DNA of 64,000 nucleotides from Alphaproteobacteria bacterium. GTDB taxonomy: Bacteria > Pseudomonadota > Alphaproteobacteria > UBA828. A program made the position numbers and the translations under genes. Positions 1 through 9,214 of the stretch are shown here, piece after piece; within the stretch, counting starts at the first letter, position 1, and each line of letters begins with the position of its first letter. The stretch is taken from assembly GCA_965237415.1 (NCBI GenBank), contig CBDEFM010000001.1:224001-288000 (forward strand), written 5' to 3'. The notes under the pieces were generated by a model. The model saw only the letters and a program-made list of their open reading frames with translations, did not search any database and had not been told where the DNA came from.

Positions 1-384
1 GCCGGGCTGGAGACGCCCGCTCAGGTGGCGCCTGCGATCGCCGGGATCAAGGAAGCGCTCACCGAGACCGGGCGGCGCATCGATGCCGACCATTACGGCG
101 CGAGCTTCGACTTCCGCTTCGGCAGCTGGGACGAACCGCTCATGCAGCGGGTCGCCGAGGCCTACGCGGCGCGCTTCCAACGCGATCCGAGGGGCGGCAT
201 CGTCGCCGGCGACAGCGCGGCCATCATGCAGCGGATCGAGGAGTTCGTCGCGGCCGGCGCGTCGAAGTTCGTGCTCAGGCCGATCGGCGGCGATGACGAC
301 GACATTCTCGACCAGACACGCCGCCTGATCGGGGAGGTGCAGCCCGCGGTGGAGGCGTTGAACCGCCGGGTAGACGCCGCATGA
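1..384 (+). CDS. LLM-class flavin-dependent oxidoreductase, C-terminal part (5' end outside window)
   Basis: Frame open from base 1; ends with 'VAGDSAAIMQRIEEFVAAGASKFVLRP', typical of the luciferase-like C-terminus. Confidence 0.7.
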   Translation, partial: AGLETPAQVAPAIAGIKEALTETGRRIDADHYGASFDFRFGSWDEPLMQRVAEAYAARFQRDPRGGIVAGDSAAIMQRIEEFVAAGASKFVLRPIGGDDDDILDQTRRLIGEVQPAVEALNRRVDAA

Positions 385-391
385 CGCCGAC

Positions 392-1186
392 ATGACCCCG
401 CTCGCCGTCGACCAGGCGGTCGCGCTCTACGTTGCCGCGCGCCACCGTCGGCAACGGATCGCCGTGCTGCCCGGAGATTGCCGTCCGGCCACCCTCGACG
501 AGGCCTATTCGGTCCAGGCCGTGCTCAACCAGCGCCTTGGTGCGACGCACGGCGCGGTTTGCGGCCGCAAGATCGGCTGCACCACGCCGGTGATGCAGCG
601 CTATCTGGAGATCGCCCATCCCTGCGCCGGCGCGCTCTACGAGCAGCGGACGCACGCAGCGCCCGCGACGGTGGCTTATGCCGACCACTGGCGGCCCGGC
701 GTCGAGTGCGAGATCGCGGTAAGGCTGGGCCAACCGCTGCCGGCAGACGCCGCGCCCTTCGACCGCGAGACTGTCGCCGCCGCCGTCGAGGCCTGCATGG
801 CGGCCATCGAGATTGTGGACGACCGCTATGAGGACTTCCGTGCCCTCGACACGCCGACGCTCATCGCCGACGACTTTTTCAGCGCCGGCGCCGTGACCGG
901 CCCGGCCGTCACCGCGTGGCGCGACGTCGACCTCGCGGCGGCGGGCGGTGTCATGACGATAAACGGCGCGCAGGTGGGCGCCGGCACCGGCGCCGACGTG
1001 ATGGGCCACCCCTTCGAGGCGCTGACCTGGCTCGCGAACCACGCCGCGGCGAGCGGGCGGCCGCTCGCGGCGGGCGATGTGGTGCTGACCGGCAGCGTCG
1101 TCGAGACCAAGTGGGTCGAGCCCGGCGATACGGTCCACGTTGCGATTGAGGGTTTGGGCGAGGCCAGCGTCACATTTGCGCGATGA
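392..1186 (+). CDS. 2-keto-4-pentenoate hydratase / fumarylacetoacetate hydrolase family protein
   Basis: Motifs GRKIGCT, VECEIA, EIVDDRY, IADD, GDVVLTGS. Confidence 0.85.
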   Translation: MTPLAVDQAVALYVAARHRRQRIAVLPGDCRPATLDEAYSVQAVLNQRLGATHGAVCGRKIGCTTPVMQRYLEIAHPCAGALYEQRTHAAPATVAYADHWRPGVECEIAVRLGQPLPADAAPFDRETVAAAVEACMAAIEIVDDRYEDFRALDTPTLIADDFFSAGAVTGPAVTAWRDVDLAAAGGVMTINGAQVGAGTGADVMGHPFEALTWLANHAAASGRPLAAGDVVLTGSVVETKWVEPGDTVHVAIEGLGEASVTFAR

Positions 1187-1294
1187 GGCCCCGCGCCGGA
1201 CCCGGCGCGTTGACAGGGGCGCCGCGAAGGGCCTGAATCGAGCGACCGCCACCACGGCCTGCTAAGCGAGGCCGGGCAAGAGAGGACGAACATC

Positions 1295-2392
1295 ATGACC
1301 AAGCTGCCGCTGACCGCCGGCGCCGCCGCTGCGGCGCTCCTGGCCGCGACCACGGCCTTCGCCGAGGAAGAGGCCGTCGTCAACGTCTACAACTGGTCGG
1401 ACTACATCGACGAGGAGATCCTCACCGAATTCGAGGCCGAGACCGGAATCAAGGTCGTCTACGACGTCTTCGATTCCAACAACATCCTGGAGACCAAGCT
1501 GCTCACCGGCAGCACGGGCTACGACGTCGTGGTGCCGAGCGGCACCTTCCTCGCGCGCCAGATCCAGGCGGGCATCTTCCGGCAGCTCGACAAGAGCAAG
1601 CTCGCCAACATTGGCAACCTGGACGAGACGATCATGACGGTCGTGAGCCAGTGGGATCCGGGGAACAGCTACGCCATCAATTACATGTGGGGCACCACAG
1701 GCTTCGGCTACAACTCCGAGAAGATCGCCGAGCGCGCGCCCGACGCGCCCACCGGCTCCTGGGGCATGCTCTTCGACCCCGACGTGGTCTCGAAGTTCGC
1801 CGATTGCGGAGTCTACATGATGGACGAGCCGGACGAGGTGGTTCCGGCCGTGCTCAACTATATCGGCGAGGACCCCAACAGCCACGACACCGACGTGATC
1901 GCCAAGGTCGAGCCGGTGCTGCTGGCAATCCGGCCGCACATCCGCCGCTTCCACAACTCGGCCCAGATCAACGATCTTGCGAACGGCGACATCTGCCTCA
2001 CCATGGGCTGGTCGGGCGACATGCTGCAGGCCCGCGACCGCGCCTGGGAGGCCGAGAACAATGTTGAGATCGCCTATGTCATCCCGGACGAGGGCGCGCT
2101 GTCATGGTTCGACATGATGGCGATCCCGGCGGACGCGCCGCATCCGGGGAACGCGCACAAGTTCATCGACTACATCATGCGGCCCGACGTGATCGCCAAG
2201 GCGTCCAACTACGTCTACTACGCCAACGGGAACGCCGCCTCGACGCCGCTGCTGGATGCGGAGATCACCGAGGACCCCGGCATCTACCCGACGGATGAGG
2301 CACGGAAAGGGCTCTATGTGACCAACCCCTATCCGCCCAAGGTGCAGCGCTTCATCACCCGGATGTGGACCAGCATCAAGGGCGCGCAGTAG
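1295..2392 (+). CDS. potF: Putrescine/polyamine ABC transporter substrate-binding protein
   Basis: Signal peptide; VYNWSDYI, YDVVVPS, YMWGTTG, GWSGD, WFDMMAIP; RBS GAGGA upstream. Confidence 0.92.
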   Translation: MTKLPLTAGAAAAALLAATTAFAEEEAVVNVYNWSDYIDEEILTEFEAETGIKVVYDVFDSNNILETKLLTGSTGYDVVVPSGTFLARQIQAGIFRQLDKSKLANIGNLDETIMTVVSQWDPGNSYAINYMWGTTGFGYNSEKIAERAPDAPTGSWGMLFDPDVVSKFADCGVYMMDEPDEVVPAVLNYIGEDPNSHDTDVIAKVEPVLLAIRPHIRRFHNSAQINDLANGDICLTMGWSGDMLQARDRAWEAENNVEIAYVIPDEGALSWFDMMAIPADAPHPGNAHKFIDYIMRPDVIAKASNYVYYANGNAASTPLLDAEITEDPGIYPTDEARKGLYVTNPYPPKVQRFITRMWTSIKGAQ

Positions 2393-2425
2393 GCACGACG
2401 ACGGCACCGCACGGGCGCGGCGCCC

Positions 2426-3574
2426 GTGAACCGGCGGCCTGAGCACGCCGGGGGAGAGGCTTCGCCTGCCCCCGGCGGCGAGGGCGTGTTTCTTCGCATC
2501 GAGGGCGTCAGCAAGCGCTTCGGTAGCGTTGTCGCGGTCGACGATGTCTCTCTCGACATCGCGCAGGGCGAGTTCTTCGCCCTGCTCGGCCCGTCGGGCT
2601 GCGGCAAGACCACGCTGCTTCGCATTCTCGCGGGCTTCGAGACGCCGAGCGCCGGCGCCCTCCTGCTCGATGGCATCGACCTCGCCGTGCTGCCGCCCTA
2701 CCGGCGGCCGGTCAACATGATGTTCCAGTCGTACGCGCTCTTTCCCCATATGACCGTTACCGGCAACGTCGCCTTCGGGCTGCGCCAGGACCGGGTGCCC
2801 AGGGCCGAGATCGCGGCGCGGGTGGAGGAGGTGCTGGCGCTGGTGGAGCTCTCCGCGCTCACCCGGCGCAAGCCGCATCAGCTCTCCGGCGGCCAGCGCC
2901 AGCGCGTGGCGCTCGCCCGCAGCCTGGTCAAGCGGCCCAAGCTCTTGCTGCTCGACGAGCCGCTCGCTGCGCTGGATAAGAAGCTCCGCGAGCAGACCCA
3001 GTTCGAGCTCATGGAGATCCAGCAACGCGTTGGCATCACCTTCGTGATCGTGACCCACGATCAGGACGAGGCGATGACCGTCGCCGACCGGATCGCGGTG
3101 ATGGATAGAGGCCGCATCGCCCAGGTAGACACGCCTTCCGCGATCTATGAGGCGCCCCGCTCGCGCTACGTGGCCGAGTTCATCGGCGACGTGAACATCT
3201 TCGAGGGGCACGCCAAGGCCTTGAATGGCGGCGATATCGTGGTCGATCAGGCTGACGCGCCGGCAGGGCTCGCGGCACCCGCGCGCGCCGACGGCCCCGC
3301 ATCAGGCGAGTCCGTGCTGCTTGCGGTGCGGCCGGAGAAGATCGAGATCGCCCCCAGCCCGCCGCCACCCGGCACCGCCAACGCCATGGCAGGCGAAGTG
3401 ACCGAGATCGCCTATCTGGGGAGCGTCTCGACGTACCGGGTGCGCCTCGATAGCGGCAAGATGGTCGTCTCCACCCAGACCAACCGGCTCCGCCACGGCG
3501 GCACGGCCATCGGCCGGGGCGCGCGCGTTCATCTCTCCTGGTCGGTCGAGGCGAGCATCCTGCTCCGGTCATGA
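2426..3574 (+). CDS. potG: Polyamine ABC transporter ATP-binding protein
   Basis: Walker A GPSGCGKT, LSGGQRQR, LLLLDEP, C-terminal TOBE domain; operon position. Confidence 0.9.
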   Translation: MNRRPEHAGGEASPAPGGEGVFLRIEGVSKRFGSVVAVDDVSLDIAQGEFFALLGPSGCGKTTLLRILAGFETPSAGALLLDGIDLAVLPPYRRPVNMMFQSYALFPHMTVTGNVAFGLRQDRVPRAEIAARVEEVLALVELSALTRRKPHQLSGGQRQRVALARSLVKRPKLLLLDEPLAALDKKLREQTQFELMEIQQRVGITFVIVTHDQDEAMTVADRIAVMDRGRIAQVDTPSAIYEAPRSRYVAEFIGDVNIFEGHAKALNGGDIVVDQADAPAGLAAPARADGPASGESVLLAVRPEKIEIAPSPPPPGTANAMAGEVTEIAYLGSVSTYRVRLDSGKMVVSTQTNRLRHGGTAIGRGARVHLSWSVEASILLRS

Positions 3575-4497
3575 CCGTTGAGCGCGAACGCCGCACGCCG
3601 GCGCGCGCATGGGGGCTGCTCGGGCGCGGCTCGGTGATCGCGAGCCCCTATGTGTGGCTGCTCTTCTTCTTCCTCGTTCCCTTCGCGATCGTGCTCAAGA
3701 TCAGCGTGGCCGAGATCCAACTCGCCATCCCGCCCTATACGCCGCTCTTCGCCTGGCCCGAGGGCGGCTCCTTCGAGCTCTTCGCGGTCGGCGACAACTA
3801 CCGGCTCCTGATCGAGGACAGCCTCTATATCCGCGCCTACGCGAACAGCCTCAAGATCGCGGCGCTCTCGACAGCGTTCGCGCTGCTGGTGGGCTTCCCC
3901 ATCGCCTACGCCATGGCCCGCGCGCCCCGCGCCTGGCAGGCGACCCTGGTGATGCTGATGATCCTGCCCTTCTGGACCTCCTTCCTGATCCGGGTCTACG
4001 CCTGGATCGGGATCCTGAAGAACGAGGGGATGCTGAACGGGGTGCTGCGCTGGATCGGGGTGATCGACGAGCCGCTGATCATCCTCAACACCGACATCGC
4101 GGTCTATATCGGCATCGTTTACTCGTACCTGCCGTTCATGGTCCTGCCGCTCTACGCCAACCTGGTGCGGATGGACCGCTCGCTGCTGGAGGCCGCGGCC
4201 GACCTCGGCTGCCGCCCGGCCGGCGCCTTCTGGAAAATCACCGTGCCGCTGGCGAGACCCGGCATCGTCGCCGGGTGCTTCCTGGTGTTCATCCCGGCCG
4301 TCGGCGAATTCGTGATCCCCGACCTGCTCGGCGGCTCCGGCACGCTGATGATCGGGCGGATGCTCTGGACCGAGTTCTTCAGAAACCGCGACTGGCCCGT
4401 GGCCTCTGCGGTCGCCGTGATCCTGCTTCTGGTGCTGATCGTGCCCATCGTGCTGTTCCAGCGCCACCAGCAGTCCCAGCGGGAGCGGGAGGCCTGA
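3571..4497 (+). CDS. potH: Polyamine ABC transporter permease
   Basis: LPFWTSFLIRVYAW, EAAADLG loop; ATGA overlap with potG. Confidence 0.9.
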   Translation: MTVERERRTPARAWGLLGRGSVIASPYVWLLFFFLVPFAIVLKISVAEIQLAIPPYTPLFAWPEGGSFELFAVGDNYRLLIEDSLYIRAYANSLKIAALSTAFALLVGFPIAYAMARAPRAWQATLVMLMILPFWTSFLIRVYAWIGILKNEGMLNGVLRWIGVIDEPLIILNTDIAVYIGIVYSYLPFMVLPLYANLVRMDRSLLEAAADLGCRPAGAFWKITVPLARPGIVAGCFLVFIPAVGEFVIPDLLGGSGTLMIGRMLWTEFFRNRDWPVASAVAVILLLVLIVPIVLFQRHQQSQREREA

Positions 4498-5309
4498 TGC
4501 GGCGGGGCTTGAGCGGGATCAATCTGGCGGCGCTCACACTTGGCTTCGCCTTCCTCTACATCCCGATCCTCCTGCTTATCATCTATTCCTTCAACGAATC
4601 GAAGCTCGTGACCGTGTGGGCGGGGTTCTCCACCAAGTGGTACGTCGCGATGGTGGAGAACACGCGGTTGCTCGACGCCGCCTGGATGACGCTGAAGGTC
4701 GCCGTGGTCTCGTCCACCGTGGCGCTGGTGCTGGGCACTCTCGCGGGGCTCGCGCTCGCCCGGCTCGGGCGCTTCCCCGGCCGCACGCTCTTCTCGGGCA
4801 TGGTGTACGCGCCGCTGGTCATGCCCGAGGTCATCACCGGCCTTTCGATGCTGCTGCTCTTCGTCGCGCTCTCCTGGTCGCGCGGCTACTGGACCGTGAC
4901 GGTGGCCCACATCACCTTCTCGATGGCCTATGTCGCGGTGGTCGTGCAGTCGCGGCTGCTCACCATGGACCGCTCGCTGGAAGAAGCCGCGATGGACCTG
5001 GGCGCGCCGCCGGTCAAGACCTTCTTCGCCGTCACGCTGCCGATCATCAGCCCGGCGTTGGTTGCCGGCTGGCTCCTGGCGTTCACGCTTTCGCTCGACG
5101 ATCTGGTGATCGCGTCGTTCACCAGCGGCCCCGGCTCGACGACGCTGCCGATGAAGATTTACTCGCAGGTGCGCTTGGGCGTGACACCGGAGATCAACGC
5201 GGTCTCCACGGTGCTGGTGGGCGTCGTCTCCATCGGCGTGATCGCCGCGAGCCTCATCAACAAGCGCGCCATGGTCATCCGCGAGCGGGAGGCACAGACC
5301 GCCGCATAG
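4497..5309 (+). CDS. potI: Polyamine ABC transporter permease
   Basis: True start is the ATG at 4497 (TGATG overlap) within the 3609..5309 ORF; PLVMPEVITG, EEAAMDLGA, SLDD. Confidence 0.9.
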   Translation: MRRGLSGINLAALTLGFAFLYIPILLLIIYSFNESKLVTVWAGFSTKWYVAMVENTRLLDAAWMTLKVAVVSSTVALVLGTLAGLALARLGRFPGRTLFSGMVYAPLVMPEVITGLSMLLLFVALSWSRGYWTVTVAHITFSMAYVAVVVQSRLLTMDRSLEEAAMDLGAPPVKTFFAVTLPIISPALVAGWLLAFTLSLDDLVIASFTSGPGSTTLPMKIYSQVRLGVTPEINAVSTVLVGVVSIGVIAASLINKRAMVIREREAQTAA

Positions 5310-5509
5310 GGCCAAATTTTTAGGAATGCAGCTTCTATAGTGGAGTTTCGGGGCGGGTCAGTTGTGCCAGTGCTCAAGGCCAATAACACGGTTGGAGCGC
5401 TGACGAACTCGGCTACGTCCACACTACCTTCAATAATTTCTACTATGGCGACTCCGAGTTCGATGCGGTAAGCTCCCCAAGCTCCTTAACTGTTCTACGA
5501 GAACTAACC

Positions 5510-6472
5510 GTGTCCAAATTGGTGTTCCCAGATGTTAAATTTGACGAATGCGCACTGTGTGGTGAATCATCCGATCTTCAACTCAGCCACATCGTGCCTG
5601 GATTTGTCTTCCGATGGTTCCGGGAAAGCTCTGCCACTGGACACATGCGGTTTGGAGAGGCCCCCAATGTCCGCACCCAAGACGGCCTAAAACTTCGGAT
5701 GCTATGCCATAAATGTGAACAGTTGTTTTCTCCTTGGGAGAAGAATTTCTGCGAAAATTGTTTTGGGCCTATCAATGATGGATGTGTTGAACACCTCCCT
5801 TACGGGGCGTGGATGCTCAAATGTGCGACGTCAATTTCTTGGCGCGTTCTACGTGTCTTCGCTGCCAGCAACGAACTTTCCGATTTTCCCCCAAGAATTC
5901 ATCGTGCGACCAGTAAGGCGCTTCACGGCTGGGCCAGTTTTCTCAAGGGCAACAAAGCCTATCTGGGTCGTCATGAGCAACACATGTTTTCGATTGACGC
6001 GATCAGGGAGATTGCGAATCGAAATGGACCGCCAAATATTAATAGATATTTGAATCGTGCAATCGAGATTCACGTAGCCCATGACAACACATCTTCTTTT
6101 TCTTATACTAAGATGGGGAAGTTGATACTATTTGGCTTCATTGACATGCGATATTCGCACAACTGGAGAGGGACGAAATTGAACACCGAGCAGGGAAGGG
6201 TCCGCACTAGCGACATAGACGTACCGGCAGATATATTGGAGTACATATACGAACGTGCCAGACGGTTCGCAGCCAGGTACACTCAGATTTCGGAATCACA
6301 ACAGACGAAGATTCGGCAATCATATGAGAAAGATATGGCCCGCGCGACCAATAGCGATACTTTGCGTGCAATGCATCAAGATGTACTGTTGTTTGGCAAG
6401 AGCGCCTTTGAGTTCACGCAGGCAAGTGCAAAAGCCACTACGAAAGAGAGCGGTGGTGAGAACAGCGATTGA
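5510..6472 (+). CDS. Hypothetical protein with N-terminal CxxC...SHIVP...CxxCE (HNH-like zinc-binding) region
   Basis: 320-aa ORF in visibly AT-richer DNA; CALC-x8-SHIVP and LCHKCE. Confidence 0.65.
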   Translation: MSKLVFPDVKFDECALCGESSDLQLSHIVPGFVFRWFRESSATGHMRFGEAPNVRTQDGLKLRMLCHKCEQLFSPWEKNFCENCFGPINDGCVEHLPYGAWMLKCATSISWRVLRVFAASNELSDFPPRIHRATSKALHGWASFLKGNKAYLGRHEQHMFSIDAIREIANRNGPPNINRYLNRAIEIHVAHDNTSSFSYTKMGKLILFGFIDMRYSHNWRGTKLNTEQGRVRTSDIDVPADILEYIYERARRFAARYTQISESQQTKIRQSYEKDMARATNSDTLRAMHQDVLLFGKSAFEFTQASAKATTKESGGENSD

Positions 6473-6508
6473 TCCAATTGGCTATTCGCGGCGCAGCGCA
6501 GTGCGCCC

Positions 6509-7810
6509 TCACAATCTGTCGCGCAGCGCGCCGTAGGCGAGCGCGAGCGCAAGCGTCGGCCAGCGGAGGGACTTCCCGCCGGGGAAGGGTCTCTGCGGCA
6601 GCCGGGCAAAGACATCGAAACGCTCCAGCGTGCCGGCGATGGCCTCGGCGACCAACGCGCCGCCGAGCGTGGCTAGCGCCACGCCGTGGCCGGAATAGCC
6701 TTGCGCGTAGTAGAGCCCGCCCTCGAGCCGGCCGATGCTGGGCATCCGGCTCCTGGTGATGGCGAGGGTGCCGCCCCAGGCATGGTCGATGCGCACATCG
6801 GCAAGCTGAGGAAAGATTCGCAGCATCTGGCGTCGCACGAGGGAGCGCGGGTCATCGGAGAGGCGCCGGCCTGCGCTCTCGCCACCGCCGAAGAGAAGCC
6901 TCCCGTCGGCCGAGAGCCGAAAATAGTTCACCACGAAGCGCGTATCGACGACGGCGATATCGCGGGGAATCAATTCCCGCGCGCGCGCTTCGCCCAAGGG
7001 TTCGGTGGCCAGGATGAAGTTGTCGATCGGCATCATGCGCCCGCCCATGCCGGGGTCCAACGCATCCAGATAGCCGTTGCAGGCGAGCACGACCGCATCC
7101 GCCGCGATCGTGTGCGCGCCGGCTTCGACCGTGCAGGGCGAGCCGGAGGCGAGGCCGGTGACAGGCGAACCCTCGCGGATATCCACGCCTGCCTCTACCG
7201 CCGCCTGGGCGAGGCCGCGCGCGTAGTCGAGCGGATGAAGGTGGCCCGCGCCTCGATCCAGAAGGCCGCCGTGAAACCCCTCCGCCGCCACCTCTGCACG
7301 GATAGCCGCGCGGTCGAGCACGTCGATCTCGTCGTAACCGTAGCGGGCGCTGAGGTGCGCAGCCTCCTGCGCCAGCGCGCGCGCGTGGCGCGGGCGGTGT
7401 GCGGCGATGGCGATGCCGGGCTTCAGGTCGCACTCGATCCCATGCCGGGCGATGCGGGCGCGGACGAGGGCCTTCGCTTCCTCGGCAAGCGACCAGAGGA
7501 GCTGCGCCCGGTCTTGGCCGAGCTCCCGCTCCAGAGTGGACTGATCGCGCCGATGCCCGCTGCCGAGCTGCCCGCCGTTGCGGCCGGAGGCGCCGTTGCC
7601 GATGCGCCGCGCCTCAAGCAGAACGGTGTTGAAGCCGCGTTCGGCGAGGTGGAGCGCGCAGGAGAGCCCCGTGTAGCCGCCGCCGATGACGCAGACATCC
7701 GCGCGCTTATCGCCGTCGAGCGCTGGCCAGGCCGGGTTCGTCCGCGCGCTTGCCTCGTACCAGGTGGGCGCCGCGCCGTCGTGCTGTGCGTAGCGGCCGG
7801 CTCGGCTCAT
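6509..7810 (-). CDS. puuB: FAD-dependent gamma-glutamylputrescine oxidoreductase-like protein
   Basis: GGGYTG, GASGRNGGQ, HLHPLDY, YAQGYSGHGV; adjacent to a GS-family gene and pot genes. Confidence 0.8.
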   Translation of the reverse strand: MSRAGRYAQHDGAAPTWYEASARTNPAWPALDGDKRADVCVIGGGYTGLSCALHLAERGFNTVLLEARRIGNGASGRNGGQLGSGHRRDQSTLERELGQDRAQLLWSLAEEAKALVRARIARHGIECDLKPGIAIAAHRPRHARALAQEAAHLSARYGYDEIDVLDRAAIRAEVAAEGFHGGLLDRGAGHLHPLDYARGLAQAAVEAGVDIREGSPVTGLASGSPCTVEAGAHTIAADAVVLACNGYLDALDPGMGGRMMPIDNFILATEPLGEARARELIPRDIAVVDTRFVVNYFRLSADGRLLFGGGESAGRRLSDDPRSLVRRQMLRIFPQLADVRIDHAWGGTLAITRSRMPSIGRLEGGLYYAQGYSGHGVALATLGGALVAEAIAGTLERFDVFARLPQRPFPGGKSLRWPTLALALAYGALRDRL

Positions 7811-9168
7811 CAGACGGCGAGGAGGAGGAACTTGCGCTCCCAGGAACTCACGACGCGCAGGTAGGCGTCGTACTCGGCGCGGACGATTTCGTTGAAGCCC
7901 CTGACGAAGAGATCACCGAACATGGCGCGCGCCTCGTCCGATGACTCGAACTGCTCGAGCGCCGTCCTGAGGTCGAGCGGCAGTGTCTCGAACGCACCGG
8001 TCTCTTCGCCTTCGACCGGGGGCGAGGGCTCGAGCGCCTGCGTCATGCCGAGATAGCCCGCAGCGAGCGTGGCGGCGATGGTGAGGTAGGGGTTCGTGTC
8101 GGAACCGGGCAGGCGGTTCTCGACCCGGCGGTTCCGGGGCGGTGCGTCCGGCACGCGCAGTCCCGCGATGCGGTTGTCGTAGCCCCAGCCGACGTTGAAC
8201 GGCTTGCTCGCGCCGAAGCGAAGCCTGCGGAACGAGTTGACGTTGGGCGCCATGAGCGGCGTGAACGCCGGCAGAAAGCGCTGCAGGCCGCCGAGGTAGT
8301 GGCGGAACGCCGCCGACTCGGCCCCGTCTTCGTCGGAAAAGAGCGGCCGACGCTCCGCGCCCTCGTAGACCGACTGGTGCACGTGCATGGCGCTGCCCGG
8401 CTCGCCCTGCATCGGCTTCGCCATGAAGGTGGCGTAGAAGCCGTGGCGCAGGGCGGTCTGGCGCACCGTGCGCTTGAAGACAAACACCTGGTCGGCGAGA
8501 CGGAGCGCCTCGCCGTGGCGGAAGTTGATCTCCACCTGCCCGGCCCCGCTCTCATGGTTGAGCGTATCGATATCGAGCTCCTGGGCCTCGCAATAGTCGT
8601 AGAGATCTTCGAAGAAGGGGTCGAACTCGTTGACCGCGTCGATGCCGAACTCCTGGCGCCCCGCCTCGCGCCGGCCAGAGGCGCCGATGGGCGGCTTGAG
8701 CGGCTGGTCCGGGTCGGTGTTCTTCTCGACCAGGTAGAACTCGATCTCCGGTGCGATGACCGGATGCCAGCCGCGCTCGACGTAACTTTCAAGCAGGCTC
8801 GCGAGCACGCGGCGTGAGTAGAACGGCGAATGCCCGCCGTCCCGCAGCACGCAATCGGCGATCACCTGGGCGGTGGGCTCGTTGTACCAGGGCACGAGGG
8901 TGAGCGTCGCCGGATCCGGCTCCAGCACGAAATCGCTGTCGCTCACGTCGATGGAGACGGCGCCCGGCGGCGGGAAGTCGCCGGTGAGCGTATGGACCAG
9001 GACGTTCTTCGGCAGGCGGTGTTCGCCGCCGGCGAGGCCCTCGATGAACTTGTCCGTGGGCAGAATCTTGCCGCGCGGCACGCCCGCGAGGTCCGGGACG
9101 ATGCACTCGACCTCGACGATGCTCCGCTCTCTGAGCCAGGCCTCGATTGCCCGGTGGCCGTCGCTCAT
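7810..9168 (-). CDS. Glutamine synthetase family protein, probable gamma-glutamylpolyamine synthetase (PuuA-like)
   Basis: APEIEFY, HESGAGQVEIN, FMAKP, GSAMHVHQS, RVENRLPG; start chosen at MSDGH. Confidence 0.85.
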   Translation of the reverse strand: MSDGHRAIEAWLRERSIVEVECIVPDLAGVPRGKILPTDKFIEGLAGGEHRLPKNVLVHTLTGDFPPPGAVSIDVSDSDFVLEPDPATLTLVPWYNEPTAQVIADCVLRDGGHSPFYSRRVLASLLESYVERGWHPVIAPEIEFYLVEKNTDPDQPLKPPIGASGRREAGRQEFGIDAVNEFDPFFEDLYDYCEAQELDIDTLNHESGAGQVEINFRHGEALRLADQVFVFKRTVRQTALRHGFYATFMAKPMQGEPGSAMHVHQSVYEGAERRPLFSDEDGAESAAFRHYLGGLQRFLPAFTPLMAPNVNSFRRLRFGASKPFNVGWGYDNRIAGLRVPDAPPRNRRVENRLPGSDTNPYLTIAATLAAGYLGMTQALEPSPPVEGEETGAFETLPLDLRTALEQFESSDEARAMFGDLFVRGFNEIVRAEYDAYLRVVSSWERKFLLLAV

Positions 9169-9214
9169 GCGCGCTTCTCCACGCTCCCTATGTGGGTGCA
9201 CTCACGACCCAATT

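Noticed and set aside
3609-4496. N-terminal extension of the 566-aa ORF
   Set aside because: Out-of-frame overlap with potH; real potI starts at 4497
5306-6485. Weak inverted similarity ATAGGGCCAAATT / AATTGGCTAT around the AT-rich orphan
   Set aside because: Too short and gapped to distinguish from chance
7810-9168. Canonical glnA
   Set aside because: Context (puuB, potFGHI) and sequence fit the gamma-glutamylpolyamine synthetase-like branch better
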